DNA of 32,677 nucleotides from an uncultured Candidatus Saccharibacteria bacterium (GTDB taxonomy: Bacteria; Patescibacteriota; Minisyncoccia; UBA6257; JACOXY01), in NCBI GenBank assembly GCA_964357615.1, contig CAYHMC010000003.1, positions 1 to 32,677 on the forward strand, read 5' to 3'. Position numbers and translations under genes: made by a program. The notes under the pieces are model-generated. The model was not told the DNA's origin, did no database searches, and saw nothing but the letters and a program-made list of their open reading frames with translations. Each line of letters starts with the position of its first letter. Within the stretch, counting starts at the first letter, position 1. Shown here piece by piece: positions 8,425-16,291 of the stretch.

Positions 8425-9951
8425 ATGAATACTACAACCCTAATCGTGGGTGTGATTTCAGTTCTTGTGGGTATAGGAGTGGGATACTTTATTCGTCAAT
8501 CTCTCGCTTCGCGAACCCTAAACTCAGTAGAGGGCAAAATTAAATCTAAGCTTAAAGAAGCAGAAGAAAAATCTCATTCTGTGGTTCTAGAAGCAGAAAA
8601 GAAAGCTGCTGATATTTTGGCGCAAACAAAACTTGACGAAAGAGAACTTAGAACTAAGTTAGAAAAACTTGAAGAGAGAATTTTAAACAAGGAGGAGGAT
8701 TTGGATAAGAGAATGACGGGGCTTGGAGAAGAACGCAAAAAACTTGATGCGGAGCTCGCCAAAATTAAAACCGTAGAGCAAGAAGCAATTGAACTAAAAA
8801 ACCGTGCGGTTACAGAACTTGCGCAAGTTGCAAAACTTTCCGAATCAGAGGCTAGAGATAGAATGATGGCAGAGATAAAAGAAAAATACAGAATTGACCT
8901 TGCCGAACTAATGGCCAAACTAGAAAAAGAAAAAACAGAAACACTTGAAAAGCGTGGACTTGAACTTATTACAACCGCAATTCAACGCTATGCTAGGAGT
9001 CATATCTCAGAACTAACAACTAGCGTATTTAATATTCCAAACGAAGAATTTAAAGGGAAAATTATAGGACGAGAAGGAAGAAACATAAGAACTCTCGAAA
9101 GAGAAACTGGAGTTGAATTTATAGTTGATGAGTCACCCGATGCCATTATAATATCTTCATTCGATCCAATGCGGAGAGAAATAGCAAGATTAGCGCTAGA
9201 AAAACTAGTAACTGACGGACGAATTCAGCCAGCTAAAATTGAAGAGAAGGTCGAAGAAGCAAGACAAGAAATTATGAAACGAATGCATGAAATTGGTGAG
9301 GCTGCTTCATTTGAATTAGGTATCTATGACCTGCCAAAAGAAATTATTCAATTATTGGGAAGACTACATTTCCGCACGAGCTTTGGACAAAATGTTTTAA
9401 ATCACTCAATTGAAATGGCATATATTTCTGGAATGCTTGCCGCAGAGCTCGGCGCAAACCCCGAAATAGCAAAAAGGGGCGCATTAGTTCACGATATCGG
9501 AAAAGCTATTGATCAAGATGTTGAAGGAACTCATGTTGAGCTTGGCAGAAAAATACTTAAGAAATATGGTGTTGATACTCGCATTATTCAAGCAATGGAA
9601 TCTCATCACGAGGAATATCCATTTTCAACTCCAGAATCTTTTATAGTTACTGCGGCTGATGTGCTCTCTGCCGCAAGACCAGGAGCAAGACGAGGTACTG
9701 TTGAAAACTACTTTAAGCGCATAGAAGATTTAGAAAAAATTGCTATGAGTTTTGCTGGTGTTAAAACCGCGTATGCAATAGCGGCTGGACGCGAACTTCG
9801 TATATTTGTTATACCTGAAAAGATTGATGATTTTGGCATGCTTCAACTTGCAAGAGATGTTGCATTTAAAGTTCAGTCTGAACTAAAATACCCTGGTGAA
9901 ATTAAAGTTAATGTATTGCGTGAAAGTCGAGCAGTAGAATACGCTAAGTAA
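8425..9951 (+). CDS. rny: Ribonuclease Y
   Basis: N-terminal TM, coiled coil, KH domain (KGKIIGREGRNIR) and HD domain (VHDIGKA). Confidence 0.97.
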   Translation: MNTTTLIVGVISVLVGIGVGYFIRQSLASRTLNSVEGKIKSKLKEAEEKSHSVVLEAEKKAADILAQTKLDERELRTKLEKLEERILNKEEDLDKRMTGLGEERKKLDAELAKIKTVEQEAIELKNRAVTELAQVAKLSESEARDRMMAEIKEKYRIDLAELMAKLEKEKTETLEKRGLELITTAIQRYARSHISELTTSVFNIPNEEFKGKIIGREGRNIRTLERETGVEFIVDESPDAIIISSFDPMRREIARLALEKLVTDGRIQPAKIEEKVEEARQEIMKRMHEIGEAASFELGIYDLPKEIIQLLGRLHFRTSFGQNVLNHSIEMAYISGMLAAELGANPEIAKRGALVHDIGKAIDQDVEGTHVELGRKILKKYGVDTRIIQAMESHHEEYPFSTPESFIVTAADVLSAARPGARRGTVENYFKRIEDLEKIAMSFAGVKTAYAIAAGRELRIFVIPEKIDDFGMLQLARDVAFKVQSELKYPGEIKVNVLRESRAVEYAK

Positions 9952-10126
9952 ATTCAATTCTAATAACATTTGACTCCTCTATTGGTATGATATAATAAAA
10001 ATATGATAGAGGGTATTGATAAATAATTAAAAGGTCGGTAATAAGCCTTGGAATTGCGAAGTTATTATTAAATTGTGAATAATTTATTTACTAATTAATA
10101 CATTTCACGCATTTCACAAGAATATT

Positions 10127-10402
10127 ATGAAAAAAATAGGATTAATTGAAGCAATAATGAAGGCTTGTGAAATAGAAAAAAAGACACAAGCAACTGCGAT
10201 TGTAGATACTATATTTGATACAATCACAAAAACTATGAGTCGAGGTGAAGAGGTTGCCATTCCTGGATTCGGTGTTTTTCGCGTGGCAAAACGCGCTGCA
10301 AGAGAAGGCAGAAACCCAATGACAGGAGAAAAGATTCAGATTAAAGCCTCTGTAAAGCCAAAATTCCGAGCTGCTAAAGCACTAAAAGAAGCAGTCTTAT
10401 AA
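10127..10402 (+). CDS. hup: HU family DNA-binding protein
   Basis: GFGVFRV and AAREGRNPMTGEKIQIKA signature. Confidence 0.95.
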   Translation: MKKIGLIEAIMKACEIEKKTQATAIVDTIFDTITKTMSRGEEVAIPGFGVFRVAKRAAREGRNPMTGEKIQIKASVKPKFRAAKALKEAVL

Positions 10403-10470
10403 AATAACAAGGCGCCTTGTTATTGTAAAAAAATCCCCCGCCGCTAAATAAGGGTGGGGGATTTTTATTT
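10403..10470. terminator. Double hairpin / bidirectional terminator
   Basis: Perfect palindrome AATAACAAGGCGCCTTGTTATT (10403-10424), then AAAAATCCCCC...GGGGGATTTTT. Confidence 0.75.
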
Positions 10471-10515
10471 GGGAGAGCGCTAACACTTTTTACATGTGCT
10501 CTCAATTAAAAAATA

Positions 10516-11484
10516 TTAAAGTCCTAATATATTTCTTACAGTTACACTAATTTTTAGATAATTATTATATGCACTCTTAAGTGATCCGATAGATGACTTT
10601 ACGAGGCTAACTACTGTCGATGTTGAAGTTGGCATTGGTGTGGATTCGATTATTCCAGATTCAATTCCCTTTTTAATTTCTTTTACGGTACCAGAACTAT
10701 TTGCGGTTGTACTTGCTAGAGATTGAGTGCCAGTTGCCACAAGCATCACTGAACTAGTTGACTCTGTGCTTAGTATTTCAGTTGGCACATAAAATTTAAG
10801 CACCAATTTATGAGCATCGCTACTTAGCTTATCAGCCTTTTCAGTAAGCTTCGATGATTCAACAAGCAAGCTCTTTATTGATGGAACGCTTGAAAGACGC
10901 AAAATCGTAATAGTTGATTTGATTTTATCAAAGCGAGCTCGTGCTATTTTAATTGACTGCTCGTTATTTATTACGAGTATAAAATCGTTTATTTTACTAA
11001 GTAGTGGCACATAATCATTTTTTCTCCATTCCAATATGTCCTCTGCCAATTTTTTAATATCTGTAAGTCCAATGCTTGTAGAGACTGCCTCACTAAATTT
11101 AGCGTAACTTTCTTCACTTGTTACTAATGAAGCCAAAAATTGTGTTCGCATACCTTCGTCTTCTGGTGTTTCCAATACAAGACCTTCTAATTTTTCTTTT
11201 ATTTGATTAATTTCTTCGTGTGCACAAATTATAGTTTGCTCAATAACAGCTTTTCTAGCTTTAAATTCAGCTCTGTCACGAGCAAGCCCTGTTAGTGCAC
11301 CATCTTTAATAGACAAGAGTTCGTCTACTGCTTTGTTCAGCTCACAAGCAGGCGCCACTTCAGGAATAGTAGAAGTTGCGGTTTCTGCTTTTGCTAAACT
11401 TAATCCAATTAAGCAAAAAGAATAAGCAAACGCTAATGCAAAAAATATTATTCTGTGTCTTATTTTAATTTTATTTATAATCAT
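10516..11484 (-). CDS. Hypothetical secreted helical protein in ECF sigma operon
   Basis: Signal peptide ending AKA-E, helical body and Ser/Thr-rich linker. Starts 2 nt after the preceding stop. Confidence 0.75.
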   Translation of the reverse strand: MIINKIKIRHRIIFFALAFAYSFCLIGLSLAKAETATSTIPEVAPACELNKAVDELLSIKDGALTGLARDRAEFKARKAVIEQTIICAHEEINQIKEKLEGLVLETPEDEGMRTQFLASLVTSEESYAKFSEAVSTSIGLTDIKKLAEDILEWRKNDYVPLLSKINDFILVINNEQSIKIARARFDKIKSTITILRLSSVPSIKSLLVESSKLTEKADKLSSDAHKLVLKFYVPTEILSTESTSSVMLVATGTQSLASTTANSSGTVKEIKKGIESGIIESTPMPTSTSTVVSLVKSSIGSLKSAYNNYLKISVTVRNILGL

Positions 11485-11486
11485 AT

Positions 11487-11945
11487 TTAATTTGCACTTG
11501 CTTCTAGTGCGCTATCAATGTCTTTGTCATAAAATTGTTCCGTATTCAAATCTTCTACTTCTCTTTTTAAAATAGTTGTATTCAAGTGCCCAGGCCCGCT
11601 TTTTGCCGACTCTTCTAGAGCTGCGTCAGTTTCGTTGCTCGCAAGTGAAATTTCTTTAATTTCAGCGAGATTTAAGTTTATATCAAGTTCCTCTGCTTCT
11701 GCTTTTAAGTCACGAACATCGAGTCCTGCAACCTTCATTGGAATCGAGCTTTTTGAAACAGCAAACAAAGCAAGTACCAACATAACTCCTACGGTACTAA
11801 TTCTAACCAAAAGAGTTCGCCAGCCGTTTAGCTCTAAGTCTTCTTGCCTTCCAGCCATAATAAGCCTAAACGATTTTTGGCTATATTCTTTATCTGGTTC
11901 TATTCCTTTAAATTTTTTAAGTTGTTGTAAAAAATCTTCAGTCAT
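11487..11945 (-). CDS. Putative anti-sigma factor (single TM)
   Basis: Directly follows the ECF sigma; short cytoplasmic N-terminus, one TM and an acidic exterior tail. Confidence 0.6.
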   Translation of the reverse strand: MTEDFLQQLKKFKGIEPDKEYSQKSFRLIMAGRQEDLELNGWRTLLVRISTVGVMLVLALFAVSKSSIPMKVAGLDVRDLKAEAEELDINLNLAEIKEISLASNETDAALEESAKSGPGHLNTTILKREVEDLNTEQFYDKDIDSALEASAN

Positions 11946-11958
11946 TGTTTCTAGTTAT

Positions 11959-12489
11959 CTATAAAATTAGTTTTAATGCTTTTAATGCTCTATTGTGCAT
12001 CAATTTTACTGCACCTTCAGACTTTTGAAGAATTGAGGCAATTTCATTATTAGTCATATCTTCCACATATTTCATAACAATAATTTCCTGATATTCTGGT
12101 TTTAACTGCGAAAGAACTAATTTCACTTTTTTAAGTGCCATTTTTGTTTCAAGCGCACTAATAGCTGTACTTGAAGCAAACACGACATCTTCAGAAATTA
12201 ATTCTAGTGATTGAGTTTCTTTTCTGGTGCGATAATAATCGATGGTCAAATTTCTAGCTATACGATAAAGATAACTTCCAAAAGGATACCCCCTATCTGT
12301 ATATGCTTTTAAATTAACCCATGCTTTTAGAAAAACTTGATGGGTAAGGTCCTCGGCTTCCTCACGATTGCTCACTTTAAGATATATAAACCGATAAATT
12401 TTCGGTTGATAGTAATCATAAAGTAAGCCAAAAGCCGAGGCCTCTCCCTTAATGGCATTCCTTATTATGTTGTTCTCGCCATCTAACAT
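11959..12489 (-). CDS. ECF RNA polymerase sigma factor
   Basis: AFGLLYDYY, AEDLTHQVFLKAW, YLYRIARN and region 4 EIASILQKSEGAVK. Confidence 0.95.
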   Translation of the reverse strand: MLDGENNIIRNAIKGEASAFGLLYDYYQPKIYRFIYLKVSNREEAEDLTHQVFLKAWVNLKAYTDRGYPFGSYLYRIARNLTIDYYRTRKETQSLELISEDVVFASSTAISALETKMALKKVKLVLSQLKPEYQEIIVMKYVEDMTNNEIASILQKSEGAVKLMHNRALKALKLIL

Positions 12490-12524
12490 ATAAAACGATA
12501 ATAGCTAATATAAGTTACGCGTGG

Positions 12525-12797
12525 GAACCCATCTCAATACTATCTTCAGCCGCGATACTGGTCAATTTCGTTTGGCACAAGGAGCTAGGGCGAGGTGTAC
12601 TCAGAGAGTACATTAAGTCCGAAGCGACACCGTGATCAAATGAAATTGACTGTATCCCGAAGGGTTTTCGCTATTTTCCTGATTCACTTCGTCACTCCTC
12701 GTCGAAGTAGCCAGAGGCTACACCTTTCTCGTCCTTCCTTGTGAAATCAGGAAAATATCTGAAAACGCGACTTGAAGCATAGTTTTGAGATGGGTTC
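12525..12797. mobile_element. MITE-like palindromic element with ~30-bp TIR and two internal long hairpins
   Basis: GAACCCATCTCAATACTATCTTCAGCCGCG is inverted with CGCGACTTGAAGCATAGTTTTGAGATGGGTTC. Confidence 0.85.
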
Positions 12798-12913
12798 TAG
12801 ATATACCTTATATTATACAATTTAAAGTAGGTAGATTATAGCAAAATTATTGACAAAACACAAGTAAATATGTATTTTAAGTGACTACTGTGACCTTATA
12901 TATCAGTAAAATA

Positions 12914-12936
12914 ATAAGTCACCCTAGGTGACTTAT
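12914..12936. terminator. Hairpin terminator after dCMP deaminase
   Basis: ATAAGTCACC-CTA-GGTGACTTAT. Confidence 0.7.
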
Positions 12937-12941
12937 GCTTC

Positions 12942-13382
12942 TTACTTAATTATTATAAGCCCAACTCCGGCTTCACTAAACATTTCTTCAGCCAACTTAA
13001 AATCTTCAACCCAGCGCGGATTATCTGAAAATGGTGCAATTACTTCTGAAATCCCCTTTTGGATAATCATGGCCGCGCAAGGCGCACACGGCAACATTGA
13101 AGTATAAAGGCGACAACCCTTCAAGTCACGATTTGCAAAAAGTATTGCATTTCTTTCACCATGGATAATTAACTTGTATTTGATTTCTCTATTTTCTAAT
13201 CGCTCAGGTGTGTCTTCTACTCCCCTTGGAAAACCATTATATCCAATTGATACAATTCTATTTTCTGGGTCAGCAATTACTGCACCAACTTTTGTCGATG
13301 GATCTTTGCTCCAGCCCGAAATAAATCCAGCAAGTTCCAAAAATCGCTTATCCCATTTTTCTGACATTTTAATTTTCTCCAT
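12942..13382 (-). CDS. dCMP deaminase (ComEB-like)
   Basis: SKDPSTKVGAVI, GYNGFPRG, HGERNA and PCAPCA zinc motifs. Confidence 0.92.
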   Translation of the reverse strand: MEKIKMSEKWDKRFLELAGFISGWSKDPSTKVGAVIADPENRIVSIGYNGFPRGVEDTPERLENREIKYKLIIHGERNAILFANRDLKGCRLYTSMLPCAPCAAMIIQKGISEVIAPFSDNPRWVEDFKLAEEMFSEAGVGLIIIK

Positions 13383-13562
13383 AATTCAATATCTATAAAA
13401 AGATTAGTTTGTTTAGCAACTAGCGTCAAATTATTTAAATGGTGAAGTTATCATAAATTGTATTCCCTCGTCGCCCTTCGGGCAAGGCTCCTCATTTCAA
13501 TCGTCGCTCCTCGGGACTCCTCTAAATGCTATCCGTCTTAGTGGCGGATGACATTTTCTAGT

Positions 13563-13752
13563 CGGAGCGGGTAAGGGGAAATCTCACAAAATTTTGTCCG
13601 CCAGTTGGCGGATACAAAATTTTTTGAAACCCCTCGGTTTCAATACTTCCGCCACGGGGAAACAAACGTTTCCCCGACCCCCTTCTTGTTCGACTCCCCT
13701 ACCACTTCTAGAAATAAATTCACTCAACCAAATTGGCTGAGTGAATTTATTT
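13563..13752 (-). repeat. tRNA-linked element: fold-back arm, conserved core and direct copy of tRNA-Gly 3' end
   Basis: GGAGCGGGTAAGGGGAA at 13564-13580 equals 13754-13770. Inverted copy GTTCGACTCCCCTACC at 13688-13703. Three internal hairpins. Confidence 0.85.
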
Positions 13753-13826
13753 TGGAGCGGGTAAGGGGAATCGAACCCCTGTCAACAGGTTGGAAACCTG
13801 TGATAATGCCATTATACGATACCCGC
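13753..13826 (-). tRNA. tRNA-Gly (TCC)
   Basis: Acceptor GCGGGTA/TACCCGC, anticodon arm ACAGG-TTTCCAA-CCTGT, T arm AGGGG-TTCGATT-CCCCT and encoded CCA. Confidence 0.96.
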
Positions 13827-13965
13827 TTCTAATATTTATTTACTTTAACATCCCAAATTACTTTTTTCAAACACTAAAACAACAGATTATTACATACATT
13901 GTTTTTTATTTATATTGCTGTAATATTTGAATTAGCTTAAGTGTATTTAAATAGGAAACTATATA

Positions 13966-14313
13966 ATGGAATCTTTTGAAGCTTCAGAAAAAGTAATGGA
14001 AGTATTGCAAGTGTTTATACTTACAAAACAAACACCCGAAGAAATAATTAAAAGAGGTAAATGGGCTCGCTTAGAAATATATAAAATTATTTTTGAATTA
14101 TTGAAGGGGGCTGGAATCGAAAATGCAGAAGCAGAAACTTTTGCCAGAATATCTGCGAAATCACTTTTTGATGCAATTAAGATTGCACTAAATTCATCTA
14201 ATCCAAGTGACGAATTTGATAAGATTATGAATTCCGCAATGATACAAATTGACAAACAAATCCAAAGATTGCAAGGCACCAAAAAATCAAAACGACAACT
14301 TCGCTTTATATAG
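13966..14313 (+). CDS. Hypothetical protein
   Basis: 115 aa helical ORF with a terminator hairpin (14294-14327) overlapping the stop. Confidence 0.65.
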   Translation: MESFEASEKVMEVLQVFILTKQTPEEIIKRGKWARLEIYKIIFELLKGAGIENAEAETFARISAKSLFDAIKIALNSSNPSDEFDKIMNSAMIQIDKQIQRLQGTKKSKRQLRFI

Positions 14314-14426
14314 CGAGGTTGTTTTTTAAAATTATATCGTTTAGAATAAATTCATTGGGGTTACTCCCATTTTTTAATAAATAATAGAGTTCTGGGCATT
14401 TCTACTTTGCTTTAAGTTAAATAAAA

Positions 14427-15035
14427 ATGGAAATAATACTAAAAAAAATAATGAAATATAGGAAATTTTTGTTATTATTTACAGTCATTTTTGTAATCTT
14501 TTTTTATACATTCTGGTCTTCTTTTGCTACGAAAGACTTTATAATAGTTCCCCAAATGTTTTCTGATGCCCGTGTAAAAAGTGATGCAATTGCTGAAGAA
14601 TTTGTTGAACTTTCCAAATCAACAAAAGAAAATTTAGAAAAAATTAAAGCACTTGAAGAAAAAGGGAGTTCTAATCTTGCTCTTACTCAAATTAGAGAAC
14701 AAATTAGTCGTGGTGATACTTTAAAAGCAAAAGGCGCAGAACTTTTAACATCACTCTCCCAAATGACTTATAGTTTGAGCGGTATTCGACCAGAAGGAGC
14801 TCGTGCCACAGCATATTCAGCCATAACATATCGCATTGAAATGGTAGATGGCTTAATCACCTATAGTAGTGAACTTGAAGAGATACTGAAACTTTTAACA
14901 TCGAGAGTAATTTATGGAGATAATATACGCACAAAACTACAAGACAAAATTAATTCTGCCAACGAAAATGCAAAAAAAATAAATGAACTAAATTTGAAAT
15001 TTAACGAAGCAATGAAAAAATTAGAAAATCTATAA
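14427..15035 (+). CDS. Hypothetical membrane-anchored coiled-coil protein
   Basis: N-terminal TM followed by long heptad-like helices. Confidence 0.75.
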   Translation: MEIILKKIMKYRKFLLLFTVIFVIFFYTFWSSFATKDFIIVPQMFSDARVKSDAIAEEFVELSKSTKENLEKIKALEEKGSSNLALTQIREQISRGDTLKAKGAELLTSLSQMTYSLSGIRPEGARATAYSAITYRIEMVDGLITYSSELEEILKLLTSRVIYGDNIRTKLQDKINSANENAKKINELNLKFNEAMKKLENL

Positions 15036-15053
15036 TTAGAAAATCTATAAAAT

Positions 15054-15084
15054 AAAAACTCCCCTTGCGGGGAGCTTTTATTTT
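15054..15084. terminator. Bidirectional terminator
   Basis: CTCCCC-TTGC-GGGGAG flanked by A and T runs between convergent genes. Confidence 0.8.
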
Positions 15085-15090
15085 GAGAAT

Positions 15091-15426
15091 TTAGTAAGAA
15101 TCTCTTCCGAAATCCCTTCTACCGCCTCCGCGGTTTCCGCCACCACCACCGAAGTCTCGGCGTGGTCGCTCTGGCCTATCACCCATTGGGCGGGCCTCGT
15201 TTACGGTAATTGCTCTACCTTCTATTTCTTTTCCGTTAAGCTTTTTTGCGGCTTCTGTAGCTTCATCAGAACCCATTTCAACGAATCCAAATCCGCGTGA
15301 ACGGCCTGTGAATTTGTCTTTAATGACGTTTGCTGAAGTCACTTGACCAGCTTCGGAAAACATAGCCTGGAGCTCTTCATCACCTGTGCTCCAAGGTAGA
15401 TTACCTACGAATAACTTTGCTGCCAT
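15091..15426 (-). CDS. RRM RNA-binding protein with Gly/Arg-rich tail
   Basis: RNP2 KLFVGNL, RNP1 RGFGFVEM and RGGG tail. Confidence 0.96.
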   Translation of the reverse strand: MAAKLFVGNLPWSTGDEELQAMFSEAGQVTSANVIKDKFTGRSRGFGFVEMGSDEATEAAKKLNGKEIEGRAITVNEARPMGDRPERPRRDFGGGGGNRGGGRRDFGRDSY

Positions 15427-15647
15427 TTATATTTTCAAGTTCAAATACCTTGTAAAGATTATTGGAAATAAATTCCGATTCGCTTAGTACTTGATATATG
15501 ATCTTGATTACTATACTAACACTGTAGCAAACCCGAGTGGGTTAGGACCTTTTCTCTACTTGCACTCGAGCTTGCCGATAAGAAGCAGTGCTTCTTATTA
15601 TGGTTGCTACGCGAGCTTTGGAGGTTGTTTTACCTACAGTTAAAGAC

Positions 15648-15676
15648 AGTATAGCATACTTTAAGCAAATAAGCAA
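15648..15676 (-). promoter_or_regulatory. sigma70 promoter for RRM gene
   Basis: Minus strand TTGCTT-N17-TATACT with extended TGn. Confidence 0.65.
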
Positions 15677-15739
15677 GGGGGGGGCATTTTGGCCTAAAAA
15701 ACCAGCTAATATTAGCTGGTTTCACATTTTGATTATAAA

Positions 15740-16174
15740 TCAGGTTCCTAAAGTTGCCTTACCAATTTCAGTAACTTGATAAACATCCCTATCTTCAGGA
15801 TGAGGAAAAATAAGACCATAATCAACAAGCTCTGGCACGCACGCTTGATCTACCACTCTCCAGTCCATGCGACCATCACTTTTCCACCTAAGAGATGGTA
15901 TAACTTTCCAATGCGATCCGATGGGCTTTGCGACAAGGAAATCATTTATCGCTAAATACCCAAGTAAATTATTCGCATTTAAAGAAAGATCTTTTGAGCG
16001 TATAAAAACAGTTTCGCAACCGGGCTGGATTCTAACTCCATCAGAGTGGCTAGGGGCTCGCCTCCAAGTTCCATCACTGCAATCATAAAAATCAGTTCTT
16101 TTAATAAGTGCTCCGACACCAAGCCTCACTCCATTTATAAGAGTATCTGAAATAGGATGCCTGTATTCTTTCAT
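15740..16174 (-). CDS. Hypothetical protein
   Basis: Open frame followed by a hairpin at 15698-15722. ATG 16174 is preferred over 16222; no family recognised. Confidence 0.55.
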   Translation of the reverse strand: MKEYRHPISDTLINGVRLGVGALIKRTDFYDCSDGTWRRAPSHSDGVRIQPGCETVFIRSKDLSLNANNLLGYLAINDFLVAKPIGSHWKVIPSLRWKSDGRMDWRVVDQACVPELVDYGLIFPHPEDRDVYQVTEIGKATLGT

Positions 16175-16291
16175 GGGAACCTTTATAAAACAAAACAACT
16201 TTTTACAATATAAATCAACCAATAATTTTTTACAAGTTATTTAAAACAAAATAAAAAGGCTCAGATTTTGAGCCGATTAGATTAAGCAATT

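Noticed and set aside
12850-12936. TTGACA-N17-TATTTT followed by a hairpin as a possible short sRNA
   Set aside because: The -10 is weak, and the hairpin is already explained as the terminator of the convergent deaminase gene.
12942-13382. Deaminase as TadA or a defence deaminase
   Set aside because: SKDP and GYNG motifs indicate ordinary dCMP deaminase, and there are no defence neighbours.
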